The notes under the pieces are model-generated. The model saw only the letters and a program-made list of their open reading frames with translations, did no database searches and was not told the origin of the DNA. From positions 26,963 through 90,962 of the forward strand of contig JADKCV010000015.1 of assembly GCA_016718655.1 (NCBI GenBank): a DNA stretch of 64,000 nt, in the 5' to 3' direction. How positions within the stretch are numbered: the stretch's first letter is position 1; every line of letters begins with the position of its first letter. Origin of the DNA: Flavobacteriales bacterium. GTDB lineage: Bacteria > Bacteroidota > Bacteroidia > Flavobacteriales_F > PHOS-HE28. Shown piece by piece: positions 48,428-57,731 of this stretch. The position numbers and the translations under genes are program-made.

Positions 48428-50503
48428 TCAGCGTTGCACTTGGAACGCACGTGCTGGTGACATGCCATCGGGCGAACGCAATGCGTAGCGGTAGATGCCA
48501 TTGCTCAAGCCGGTCACATCCAGGTCGAATCGGGTGGAGCCAGCAGGAAGCGTGTGGGACGCCACCGAACGACCGGTGATATCGAGCACTTCGAGTTGAG
48601 CGGTCGCCTTCAGATCGTTCAGTGGGATGGTGATCCGATCGTTGGCCGGCACCGGGAACGCTTGTCCGAGCTGTCCTGAGAAGTAGGCATCGAATTCCTC
48701 CACGGTCACGAATCCGTAGAACCAATCATGGCTGATGGAGATCATGGACCGCCCCGTTGCGGCGTTGCTCATCTGCTCAGGTCCTACGCCGAAGTACACC
48801 ACCTTGAACGTGTTGTTGTCACATCGAAGTGCACCGATCTTGTTCACGTTGGTCGTATAGTGCAGGATGCCCACGGCCGGTGCGATCGGAGTGATCTCCT
48901 CGGGATAGGTGTTGTTGTTGAAGACGTTGGCGATCGTGGTGTTCGGAAGGGCACCGAACACGGGGTCCGCATCGAAGAAATTCACCGAACTGTTGGCGGT
49001 ACTGCCATCGGCCACATAGGAGGCATGCATGTAGTCCGCGAAGAACGCTTGGGTGATCGGTGTGCCGTAACTACCCGTGGCACCGCTCTGGTCCCAGCCG
49101 ATGTCCTGTCCAGCGAACATGACATCACCACCGCCATCCATATGTGCAGTTAGTACGGCAACTTCATCATCGGTCAATGCTGGGAAGGTCCAACTGATGT
49201 TCATGTAGAGGTTCATCACATTGGTCAGGGCATCCTCTTCACCGAAACGGATGAACTTGTCCTTGGTGGTCGCTGCGTAGGACTGGTTGCCTGCTTGGTC
49301 CAAGCCATCGCGATAGAGTTGTTCCCAAGGTTCTGCGCCCGTGTGTGTAACGATGAGGTCCGTTACACCGCTGATGACATTGTATTCCAACTCGAGCACT
49401 GGGGCCCCTGGGTCATTGATCGATGCTACGGAAAGCAGGTACCGACCGATCCCGGGGGTGGCGTCCGGAGTGACCAACACATCCAGGTCGAGTGATGCGT
49501 CCGCTACAAGTTCAACGGTTCCGGGATTCGCAAGTGGCGAGCCGTTCGCCATGAGTTCCGACGACCAACTCGCGGGCGAGCCGTACGAGGTCAGGGTCAC
49601 TTGGTATTGAGCTGTTGCCCCCAAATTGTTCACCAGGGTGCCATTGAAGGTGCTCACAGCGCCGATCGAACCGCCGACGAAAGCCGGGTCCGCGCTGCTT
49701 AGCTCACCCACGACCAGCGTTGTTCCCCCGATCGCGGCTACTTCCCTGGCCTGATAGACTTCACTGTGGTCCTCGCTCACAAAGGCCAACACTTCACAAT
49801 TGGAGGCGTTCCAATCGGCCGGGACCGTATAGGTATAGGTCCTTAACACGGAAGTACCAGCGGTGGTCGTGGAAACGGGATCCCCCCATGTGTCAGTGAT
49901 ATAGGTGCGGAGCACGTTCTTGTGATCATAATCCGTGTGGTTCCCTGCCGGGCCGTAGTCGGTTTGAGGTCCGGTGATATGGTTCTCCTTCAGCAGGACA
50001 CTGATGAAGTCGGTGCCAGCAGGACTGTCAGCCGTGTAGAGCAGTTCAACAGTGACCGTGAGCTCCCGCGTTCCCTCGTCGAACGTGCTGGCCACACCCA
50101 TGTTCACAGGCGAAGGCAATTCGAGCACCTCGGCCACCGCACCTTCCCATGCGCCACGCCCCAGATCATCCAACCCACCGAACAAGCGGCGGTTGATCAC
50201 TCCAGCTGGGTAACCGCCGATCGTGAAATAAGCATCGATCGCTGTTCCCGGTGTGGTGCGGAAGTCAGGCTCGCCGGTCGCGGGTGTGGCGAATGGTCCG
50301 GCATGGATACCGATGGTGGCCAACCGCGCACCATGTTGAGCTTCGAGGGCTTCCATGATGACATGGCCCTCAGGGCAATATCCACAATGGATGCCGGTGA
50401 AGTCCTCGAGGAGGACCGACCGGTCCTGTGGACTGGAGGAGACCAACGATTGGCCAATGGCCAACAGGGGTGTGAAGGCGAGAAGTGTAACGGTGTGTTT
50501 CAT
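48428..50503 (-). CDS. Omp28-related thioredoxin-like protein (large paralog) with T9SS C-terminal domain
   Basis: LLEDFTGIHCGYCPEGH CxxC motif as in 16682..17722; C-terminal ...GLSNGIYRYALRSPDGMSPARAFQVQR. Confidence 0.7.
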   Translation of the reverse strand: MKHTVTLLAFTPLLAIGQSLVSSSPQDRSVLLEDFTGIHCGYCPEGHVIMEALEAQHGARLATIGIHAGPFATPATGEPDFRTTPGTAIDAYFTIGGYPAGVINRRLFGGLDDLGRGAWEGAVAEVLELPSPVNMGVASTFDEGTRELTVTVELLYTADSPAGTDFISVLLKENHITGPQTDYGPAGNHTDYDHKNVLRTYITDTWGDPVSTTTAGTSVLRTYTYTVPADWNASNCEVLAFVSEDHSEVYQAREVAAIGGTTLVVGELSSADPAFVGGSIGAVSTFNGTLVNNLGATAQYQVTLTSYGSPASWSSELMANGSPLANPGTVELVADASLDLDVLVTPDATPGIGRYLLSVASINDPGAPVLELEYNVISGVTDLIVTHTGAEPWEQLYRDGLDQAGNQSYAATTKDKFIRFGEEDALTNVMNLYMNISWTFPALTDDEVAVLTAHMDGGGDVMFAGQDIGWDQSGATGSYGTPITQAFFADYMHASYVADGSTANSSVNFFDADPVFGALPNTTIANVFNNNTYPEEITPIAPAVGILHYTTNVNKIGALRCDNNTFKVVYFGVGPEQMSNAATGRSMISISHDWFYGFVTVEEFDAYFSGQLGQAFPVPANDRITIPLNDLKATAQLEVLDITGRSVASHTLPAGSTRFDLDVTGLSNGIYRYALRSPDGMSPARAFQVQR

Positions 50504-50601
50504 GGTCCGATGCTTAGGATGGTGAAGCTATCCGTATACACCGGAAATTCCTTATCAGGTTGGCCTCTCGCTTGGAGTGCTGAGGCTCTCCCCGCTCCTT
50601 A

Positions 50602-51618
50602 TCAGCGCTCTTGCCAGACCACTTCCAGCACCGTACGTCCCACCGCGCGCAGCGTCTCCCGATCGATCACGGAGAGGTTGTCATCGTGGGTGTGCCAGTA
50701 GGGCCCGAAGGCCTGGGTGGAAGGATCGTACTGGATGATATCGATGCTGGGGATGCGCAGGACCTTGTTCACCGGCACGTGATCATCGATGCCCACGAAG
50801 TACTTGGTCTCCTGGATGAACCGATCGCCATGACCGATGGCAGCAGCGGTGCGCCAGACCTTGTTGACCACCGCTGGCGCGAACTGCATGCTCAACGCCT
50901 CGCGGTAGAACTTGGCGTCCTTGGCACCCACCATGTCCAACAGGATGCCGAAGCGCGCGGTATACCCTGACACGTGGGGGTTCTTGGCGAAATACTGTGC
51001 ACCCAGGGCCCACGTCTCCATGCTCCGTTCGTCGCCCACCATGGCACCGCTCGGCTGCCCATAATCCTCCACATCGGTGAGCAGGATGTCCACACCGGGC
51101 CCGTGATCCTTCTTGGCGATGGAACGGGCCACTTCCATGAGCACCCCTACTCCACTGGCCCCATCATTGGCCCCGTCAATGGGTTCGTTCTTGCGCTCGT
51201 CGTCCTTGTCCGCGAAGGGTCGGGTGTCCCAATGTGCAAAGAGCAGGACGCGCTCCTTTACCTCGGGCTTGAACCGGGCGATGATGTTGCGCAAGGGCAC
51301 CTTCTGCCCGGAGTACACGGTGACCGAACCGGTCTGTTCGACCACCTCGGCACCCAGGGCTTTGAAGCGCGCGACCAGTGCATCGCCACATGCGGTATGA
51401 GCTGCAGTTGCGGGGACACGCGGACCAAAGGCCACTTGGGCGGCCACCCAGGCATAGGCGCTGTCGGCGTCGAACTCGGGTGTGGGTGGAAGGGCGGGAA
51501 GCACCGGTGCCGGTACAGGAGCAGGTGGCGGGGGCTCGTTGCCACAAGCGATCAACAGCAAGGTGGCCGCGCACACGATGAGCGACCATGGAGCGGGAAT
51601 GATCGATGACTTGTTCAT
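50602..51618 (-). CDS. M28-family zinc peptidase (glutaminyl-cyclase/aminopeptidase-like) lipoprotein
   Basis: Start MNKSSII with lipobox LIACG; FAHWDTRP and DDHVP M28 metal-ligand context. Confidence 0.8.
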   Translation of the reverse strand: MNKSSIIPAPWSLIVCAATLLLIACGNEPPPPAPVPAPVLPALPPTPEFDADSAYAWVAAQVAFGPRVPATAAHTACGDALVARFKALGAEVVEQTGSVTVYSGQKVPLRNIIARFKPEVKERVLLFAHWDTRPFADKDDERKNEPIDGANDGASGVGVLMEVARSIAKKDHGPGVDILLTDVEDYGQPSGAMVGDERSMETWALGAQYFAKNPHVSGYTARFGILLDMVGAKDAKFYREALSMQFAPAVVNKVWRTAAAIGHGDRFIQETKYFVGIDDHVPVNKVLRIPSIDIIQYDPSTQAFGPYWHTHDDNLSVIDRETLRAVGRTVLEVVWQER

Positions 51619-53102
51619 GCGCGTTCCCAGGAGGTGCCTTCTTTCGTGTCCTTGAGGATGATGCCCCACGATGCGAGCTGATCACGCAGGCGGTCGCTGG
51701 TGGCGAAGTCCTTACGGGCCTTGGCCTCGGCCCGCATGCGGATGAACTCTTGGACCATGGCGTCCAGGGTGCGATCGTCGGTATCGGGGCGCTGTTCCTG
51801 ACGCAGTCCCAGTACATCGTTCGTCAGGGTCCGGAACAACGTCCGCAGGCGGTCCAATCCGTTCGGATCGATGGCGATCTTCCCATCGTGGATGCTATTA
51901 ACCAAGCGTACGCCTTCGAACAGCTCGGCGATCATCACCGGGGTGTTGAGGTCATCGTTCATCGCATCGTAGCAGCGTTGTTCCAACGCGGCAACACCGG
52001 CGTCGTCGGACCCGGTGGCACGCAGCTTGTCCAAGGTGGAAAGGGCTGCCATCATGCGTTCGAGGCCCTTCTCCGCGGCCTGCATGGCGGCGTTGCTGAA
52101 GTCGAGGGTGCTCGCGTAGTGGCATTGAAGCATGAAGAAGCGCACGGTCATGGCGCCGTATCCCTTCTCCAGGAGCTTGTGGTTGCCCGTGAGCAGTTCT
52201 TCCGGCGTGAAGCCGTTGCCTTCGCTCTTGGCCATCTTCCGGCCGTTCACGGTGAGCATGTTCCCATGCATCCAATAGCGGACAGGAGCGATACCGTCCG
52301 CAGCCACGCTCTGCGCGATCTCGCATTCGTGGTGGGGGAACTTCAGGTCCATCCCTCCACCGTGGATATCGAACGTGCGACCCAGGTATTTGGTGCTCAT
52401 CGCACTGCACTCCAAGTGCCAACCGGGGAAGCCCTCTCCCCAGGGGCTGGGCCACTTCATCAGGTGGATGGGGTCGGCCTTCTTCCAGATGGCGAAGTCC
52501 AGCGGGCTGCGTTTCTCGGCCATGCCCTCGGTATCGCGGGTGTTGGCCAGCAGCTCATCGATCCTCCGACCGCTCAATTCGCCATAGGCATGGTGCTCGG
52601 AGAACCGTGGCACATCGAAGTAGACGCTGCCATTGGCCTCGTACCCGAATCCCGAGTCGATGATGCGTTTCACCATCTCGATCTGCTCGATCAGGTGACC
52701 GGTGGCCGTGGGCTCGATGGAGGGTGGCAGGATGTTGAAGAGCCGCATCACATCGTGGAAGCCGTTGGTGTACTTCTGCACGATCTCCATGGGCTCCAAG
52801 CGCTCCAGTCGGGCGCGCTTGGCGATCTTGTCCTCGCCTTCGTCGATATCGTCCACGAGGTGCCCCACGTCCGTGATGTTGCGCACGTATCGGACCTTGT
52901 AGCCCAGGTGGGTGAGCCACCGGTAGAGCACATCGAAGGTGAGGAAGCTGCGCACGTTCCCCAGGTGCACATCGCTGTACACGGTAGGTCCACACACGTA
53001 CAATCCCACATGGGGCGGCCGCAGGGGGATGAACTCCTCCTTGCGTCGGGTGAGCGTGTTGGTGAGGTGGAAAGGTCCTTTACGCAGGTCTGACATGGCC
53101 AT
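51615..53102 (-). CDS. cysS: cysteine--tRNA ligase
   Basis: HLGNVRS (HIGH-type) and KMAKS (KMSKS) class-I motifs; CGPTVY N-terminus. Confidence 0.9.
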   Translation of the reverse strand: MAMSDLRKGPFHLTNTLTRRKEEFIPLRPPHVGLYVCGPTVYSDVHLGNVRSFLTFDVLYRWLTHLGYKVRYVRNITDVGHLVDDIDEGEDKIAKRARLERLEPMEIVQKYTNGFHDVMRLFNILPPSIEPTATGHLIEQIEMVKRIIDSGFGYEANGSVYFDVPRFSEHHAYGELSGRRIDELLANTRDTEGMAEKRSPLDFAIWKKADPIHLMKWPSPWGEGFPGWHLECSAMSTKYLGRTFDIHGGGMDLKFPHHECEIAQSVAADGIAPVRYWMHGNMLTVNGRKMAKSEGNGFTPEELLTGNHKLLEKGYGAMTVRFFMLQCHYASTLDFSNAAMQAAEKGLERMMAALSTLDKLRATGSDDAGVAALEQRCYDAMNDDLNTPVMIAELFEGVRLVNSIHDGKIAIDPNGLDRLRTLFRTLTNDVLGLRQEQRPDTDDRTLDAMVQEFIRMRAEAKARKDFATSDRLRDQLASWGIILKDTKEGTSWERA

Positions 53103-53162
53103 TCGGAACGCCTGCGAAGGTAGCAGGCACCGAGCGATCAGGCCGTTGCGTGCGCGAGCAGG

Positions 53163-54053
53163 CTATTGCCGGTCCTCGTCCGTGATCACCGCGTCGCCGG
53201 CGAACCGTCCACCCTTGTAGATCTGCATGCGCGTAAGAAGACCGTTGGCGTCGTAGGTGTAGCGCTTCCCATCGAACAGGCGTCCGTTCACGAAGTCGCC
53301 CTGTTGCGAGATGCGCATCTGCCGGTCGTAGAGCGTGTTATACCCGTTCTCCCGGAAGGCGATGGCGTTGGTGGTCTCGGTGGGTGCCACTGCGGGTGCG
53401 GGTGCTGCCTTTGGGTCCACCTTCACGTCATCGGCTTTGGGAACCGAGCGGATGTATTTGCTGTTGGCCGCATTGATCACCCCGTCGTTGAACTGGGCCA
53501 CCTGCTGCAACTGTCCATCAGCGGTGTATCGTTTGAGGGTGCCGTCCTCCTTGCCTTGTTCCACCATCACTTGAACGGCCAATTGTCCGTTCTCATGGTA
53601 ATACTTCTGCTCGCCGTCGCGCACTCCTTCTTGGTTGAACACGAAGTCTTGTGCAAGCTTGCCGTTCGGATGATAGCGTAGGAATTTACCTGTATTGCGA
53701 TCAAGGTCCCAACTACCCTGCTCTTCCACCTTGCCCGAAGGATAGTAGGTCTTGTACCCGCCTCGCGGCCGACCCAGTTGATAGGTGATCTCGCTCATGG
53801 TGTTACCATTCGGCCAGTATCGGCGCCAAAGCCCGACACGCTTGCCACCCGCGTAGCGTCCTTCCTCCACCAGCGCGCCTTCTGCATAGCCCGGTTTATC
53901 CGAGGACGGGGCGATCACCTTCCAGTAGCCCTGCCTGCGACCCATCTCATCCACCCGGTTCAGGGTATCGGGTATTGCGGTCGTGGCCTGAGCGAAGGAG
54001 GATCCTGCGGCCAGCAAAAGGGAGAATAGGGCGATGAGCAACGTGCGGTCCAT
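53163..54053 (-). CDS. secreted MORN-repeat-variant protein (the family often annotated YwqK-like)
   Basis: Signal peptide; repeated G.W..Y..NG motifs. Confidence 0.55.
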   Translation of the reverse strand: MDRTLLIALFSLLLAAGSSFAQATTAIPDTLNRVDEMGRRQGYWKVIAPSSDKPGYAEGALVEEGRYAGGKRVGLWRRYWPNGNTMSEITYQLGRPRGGYKTYYPSGKVEEQGSWDLDRNTGKFLRYHPNGKLAQDFVFNQEGVRDGEQKYYHENGQLAVQVMVEQGKEDGTLKRYTADGQLQQVAQFNDGVINAANSKYIRSVPKADDVKVDPKAAPAPAVAPTETTNAIAFRENGYNTLYDRQMRISQQGDFVNGRLFDGKRYTYDANGLLTRMQIYKGGRFAGDAVITDEDRQ

Positions 54054-54166
54054 GGCTGTCGAAACTGGGTGATCCGTGCGCGGAACGCGGAACAAGGCCA
54101 CAAGGTTACACCGCAAGCAAGAATGCCTTGCCCGGTATCCGGAACCAGCGCGTCGAACCAGCCCCC

Positions 54167-55117
54167 TTAGCGCGGGATCTCCCGCTTGAGGTTGAGCATC
54201 ATATCATCCACCATGGCACGCAGGTCGAAGGTGGGCTTCCAACCCCAATCGGCACGGGCGGCACTGTCGTCGATACTGCTCGGCCAGCTGTTGGCAATGG
54301 CCTGGCGATGGTCCGGTGCATAGTCCAGCTTGAACCCAGGGAGGTGACGCTTGATCTCAGCAGCGATATCCTCGGGGCTGAAGCTGAAGCCGGCCAGGTT
54401 GTAGCTGGTACGTTCCTTGACCAGCTCGGCAGGGGCTTCCATCAGGTCGATGGTGGCCCGGATGGCGTCGGGCATGTACATCATGGGAAGTTTGGTGCCG
54501 CGATCCAGGAAGCTGGTATAGGTGCCGTGCTTGATGGCCTCGTGGAAGATGTGCACCGCATAGTCGGTGGTACCTCCGCCGGGCGCGCTCTTCCAGCCGA
54601 TCAGGCCGGGATAACGGATACTGCGAACATCCACTCCATACCGCTTGTGGTAGTAGTTGCACCACTGTTCACCCGCCTGCTTGCTGATGCCATAGACCGT
54701 GCTGGGCTCGGCGATGGTATGCTGGGGCGTGCCATCCTTGGGCGTGGTGGGGCCGAACACGGCGATGCTGCTGGGCCAGTAGACGCGTTGGAGCTTACCC
54801 TCCCGGGCGAGTTCCAGCACGATGAAGAGGCTCTCCATGTTCAACTTCCAAGCGAAGGCGGGGTCCTTCTCGGCAGTAGCGCTGAGCAGGGCTGCCAGCA
54901 GATACACCTCGGTGATGGCGTACTTCTCGATGATCCGTTCGATACCCCGGCGGTCCATGGCATCCACCATGGCGAAAGGGCCGTCCATCCTCACCTGTGG
55001 CTCCTTGATGTCGGAGGCCACCACGTTCTCATTGCCAAAACGAGCGCGCAGGCCTTCGACGAGTTCCGTACCGATCTGGCCGCTGGAGCCGATGACGAGG
55101 ATCTTCTTCTGTTCCAT
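54167..55117 (-). CDS. NAD-dependent epimerase/dehydratase family protein (L-threonine 3-dehydrogenase-like)
   Basis: VIGSSGQIG Rossmann motif and YGISK catalytic YxxxK. Confidence 0.75.
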   Translation of the reverse strand: MEQKKILVIGSSGQIGTELVEGLRARFGNENVVASDIKEPQVRMDGPFAMVDAMDRRGIERIIEKYAITEVYLLAALLSATAEKDPAFAWKLNMESLFIVLELAREGKLQRVYWPSSIAVFGPTTPKDGTPQHTIAEPSTVYGISKQAGEQWCNYYHKRYGVDVRSIRYPGLIGWKSAPGGGTTDYAVHIFHEAIKHGTYTSFLDRGTKLPMMYMPDAIRATIDLMEAPAELVKERTSYNLAGFSFSPEDIAAEIKRHLPGFKLDYAPDHRQAIANSWPSSIDDSAARADWGWKPTFDLRAMVDDMMLNLKREIPR

Positions 55118-55231
55118 CGGGGGTCAAAGTTGGTGAAGATCCGAGGTATCGAAACCATTCCCTGCTTCGCAAGGGAGTTTCATTCATCATCAACGGACCT
55201 TGCAAAGGAACCGTATCCCGGGAGTATCACC

Positions 55232-55780
55232 TCAGTGACCTTGGGACGATTCGAAGGAGTTAAGGAAACGCAGCATATTGCGTTCTTCGCGCCCTGTATA
55301 GAACGGTGCGGGTGTGGCGGCGTTCATGACCACGGCGCGGTCACCCATCAAATGGACGACGACGCCTAGTCGGATCTCGCTAGCGTTCACGAACCAGCCT
55401 CCCCGGACACCGTTGCCCACCTGCTGAACAGGACCAGGGCCCACACTGGGAGTGCCTCCAATACGCTCAACGATCAGTGGCCAGAGCGAGTCCATTGTTT
55501 GAGCTTCGGTCAACGTCCCCCAACGTTCAGGTAATCGGAACCAGGACGAGGCATAAGTGATCCCACTATCAGCCAGGATATTGATGTGCGTGGAAACCGT
55601 GTCGCTACCAAGGAGGATCGTCCCGTTCTGAGCGCCACTGGCCACTGGCATCCGGACTGAAAAGCCGCCGTCATCGATCGCTTCAGATAGGGGCCACTCA
55701 TCGGATGATCCAGAACAACCAACAGACAGTACAGCAGAAAGGAAAACGGCCTTAGGCCAATTGGAGAACAAAGAAGACAT
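55232..55780 (-). CDS. hypothetical lipoprotein
   Basis: Start MSSLFSNWPKAVFLSAVLSVGCSG. Confidence 0.5.
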   Translation of the reverse strand: MSSLFSNWPKAVFLSAVLSVGCSGSSDEWPLSEAIDDGGFSVRMPVASGAQNGTILLGSDTVSTHINILADSGITYASSWFRLPERWGTLTEAQTMDSLWPLIVERIGGTPSVGPGPVQQVGNGVRGGWFVNASEIRLGVVVHLMGDRAVVMNAATPAPFYTGREERNMLRFLNSFESSQGH

Positions 55781-56045
55781 GCTGAACGAGAAAGAAAAGT
55801 GCAACAATGAAGGAGAGTACTTGGAACACTTCCAATACCCTGGTGGGTTTCGTCGAGATGGTAGAGCCCAAGGTAAGGATGCACCCGATGGCGGCACTTA
55901 CCGCGAGCGATAGCGAAGCCCGTGCGGCGGAATTGACGACGCAGACACAGGCATCGATCATGGACTGATGGGCAAGATCGGCTGCGAGCACCAGAAAACC
56001 GAGAAGGAGACCGGAGATAAGTAGTAGACTCGTTGACCTCAACAT
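55752..56045 (-). CDS. possible small 3-TM membrane protein (doubtful)
   Basis: 97-aa hydrophobic ORF; its ATG is only 14 nt beyond a strong terminator, leaving no room for a promoter. Confidence 0.2.
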   Translation of the reverse strand: MLRSTSLLLISGLLLGFLVLAADLAHQSMIDACVCVVNSAARASLSLAVSAAIGCILTLGSTISTKPTRVLEVFQVLSFIVALFFLVQHVFFVLQLA

Positions 56046-56058
56046 GGATGGGACCGGT

Positions 56059-56095
56059 TGAAAAGAAAATGGGGAACCTTGTTTCCAAGGTTCCC
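56059..56095 (-). terminator. strong rho-independent terminator after the Cys-rich lipoprotein gene
   Basis: Minus strand GGGGAACCUUG-GAAA-CAAGGUUCCCC (11-bp GC-rich stem) followed by AUUUUCUUUUC. Confidence 0.8.
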
Positions 56096-56114
56096 CAACT
56101 TCTTGAACAGTGAA

Positions 56115-56339
56115 CTACGACTTGTCGCAGGTGCAGCTTCCGCCAGCGAGGGTAGCAGCAGCAGCGCAAGCATCTTCGTAAGCCTCCACATCCTTCTTCT
56201 TACCGCAGGTCTCAGGGTAAGTGTAGGTTGTCTGGGTGCCCAGGAAGTCATAGGTGTACTTGCAGGTGCTGCACTTCTTGCAAGAAGGGAGCGTCATCAC
56301 GAAAGCGGCCGCAGCCAGAACAACAAGAACCTTTTTCAT
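56115..56339 (-). CDS. 74-aa Cys-rich lipoprotein (6 Cys in mature peptide)
   Basis: Start MKKVLVVLAAAAFVMTLPSC (lipobox); mature part KKCSTCKYTYDFLG...CGKKKDVEAYEDACAAAATLAGGSCTCDKS. Confidence 0.55.
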   Translation of the reverse strand: MKKVLVVLAAAAFVMTLPSCKKCSTCKYTYDFLGTQTTYTYPETCGKKKDVEAYEDACAAAATLAGGSCTCDKS

Positions 56340-56370
56340 CGTTCGAAGGGTTATTGGGGGGTTTGGGGGG

Positions 56371-56378
56371 CAAACATA
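56371..56378 (-). promoter_or_regulatory. Bacteroidetes -7 element TATGTTTG for the Cys-rich lipoprotein gene
   Basis: Matches TAnnTTTG 32 nt upstream of ATG 56339; TTG about 21 nt further upstream. Confidence 0.45.
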
Positions 56379-56552
56379 GTAAAAATCCATATCCGAGCGC
56401 AACTGACCCAGTTGACCCAAAATAAGTTCTGTCCTCCTGATCATCAGGCACTTGATCGTCATCACCTGCCTTGGGACCCCTGACGAAGGATGACTTCGGC
56501 GCCCATCGATACGCTCCTATCGAACCTCAGTACCTTAGCGCCTCGGTCCGTC

Positions 56553-57674
56553 ATGATTGCCAACGACATACACCACCTCCGCAACCTACGCGGCCCACAG
56601 GAGCTCCGAAACCGTCTTGAACGTGAAGGCGTGCCCCGTACCACCCTTTCGTTCTATCGGTATGTGCGGCTGATCGATGTGGAAGCGCTGCGGCACACCC
56701 TTTACCAGGAGTGGGAGGCGCTGGGAGTGCTCGGTCGCATCTACCTCTCCCAGGAAGGCATCAATGCGCAATTGAGCTTGCCTACGGCGAACCTGGACGC
56801 GTTCCGGGCCAACCTCGATAGCCGCGGAACCTTCCGGGAAGTCCCTTGGAAGATAGCTGTGGAGGATGATGGCCGGAGCTTTCTCAAGCTGGCCATCAAG
56901 GTGCGGAAGAAGATCGTAGCTGATGGGCTGGCCGATGACGCGTTCGACGTGACCAACGTGGGCGCGCACCTCGACGCGAAGACCTTCAATCGGAAGATGG
57001 AAGAAGGTGCGGTGGTGATCGACATGCGCAACAACTACGAATGCCTGATCGGGCATTTCGAAGGCGCCTACCTGCCCAAGGCCGACAATTTCCGCGGGGC
57101 GATCGACGAGGTGGTGGAGGCGCTGAAGGACCGCAAGGAGCAGGAAGTGCTCATGTACTGCACTGGCGGCATCCGCTGCGAAAAAGCCAGCGCCTATCTG
57201 AAACACGAAGGCTTCACGAACGTCGCGCAATTGCACGGTGGCATCATCGATTATGCGCGCCAACTGAAGGCCGAGGGGCTGAAGAGCAAATACCTCGGGC
57301 AGAACTTCGTGTTCGACGAACGGCTGGCCGAGCGCATCACCGAAGATGTGGTGAGCACCTGCATGCAGTGCGGCACCAAGAGCGACCGCATCGGTAACTG
57401 CCACGAGGCTACCTGCAACATGCTGTTGGTCCAATGCGAAACGTGCGCTGGGAAATACGCCGACTGCTGCTCACCGAGCTGCCGCGAGATCCACCAACTG
57501 CCCATGGAACAACAGCGCATCTGGCGCAAAGGCCGCAGCACCCGGAGCACCAAGACCAAAGCCATCAATGACCCCGAAGGTCTGCGGCAGCGCATCCGGG
57601 AGGAGGAGACCATCCTTGCCGAAAAAGGGACGCTTCATCCTGAGTTGACGGTTATCAGTCAAAAGCCCAACTAA
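56553..57674 (+). CDS. trhO: rhodanese-domain tRNA U34 hydroxylase (YceA/UPF0176 family)
   Basis: RTTLSFYRY...GRIYLSQEGINAQLS N-region, rhodanese CTGGIRCEKA active-site loop, Cys-rich C-terminus; start aligned to E. coli YceA length. Confidence 0.85.
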   Translation: MIANDIHHLRNLRGPQELRNRLEREGVPRTTLSFYRYVRLIDVEALRHTLYQEWEALGVLGRIYLSQEGINAQLSLPTANLDAFRANLDSRGTFREVPWKIAVEDDGRSFLKLAIKVRKKIVADGLADDAFDVTNVGAHLDAKTFNRKMEEGAVVIDMRNNYECLIGHFEGAYLPKADNFRGAIDEVVEALKDRKEQEVLMYCTGGIRCEKASAYLKHEGFTNVAQLHGGIIDYARQLKAEGLKSKYLGQNFVFDERLAERITEDVVSTCMQCGTKSDRIGNCHEATCNMLLVQCETCAGKYADCCSPSCREIHQLPMEQQRIWRKGRSTRSTKTKAINDPEGLRQRIREEETILAEKGTLHPELTVISQKPN

Positions 57675-57694
57675 GGGCGCGAAATTTCGCGCCC
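57675..57694. promoter_or_regulatory. perfect 20-bp palindrome GGGCGCGAAATTTCGCGCCC between trhO and hmgA (operator candidate or terminator hairpin)
   Basis: Read directly from the sequence; 37 nt upstream of hmgA ATG, immediately after the trhO stop; no U-tract. Confidence 0.5.
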
Positions 57695-57731
57695 CAACCT
57701 TCGTCCTGAACAGAGATCACAGCCGAGACCA

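Noticed and set aside
51606-53093. 495-aa ORF antisense to cysS (also 54128..55369 antisense to the epimerase, 56586..57434 antisense to trhO, 18487..19716 antisense to the BNR protein, 43481..46564 ORFs antisense to polA, 14..1213 antisense to exbB/tRNA)
   Set aside because: All overlap well-supported genes on the other strand and have Arg/Gly/His-rich nonsense composition.
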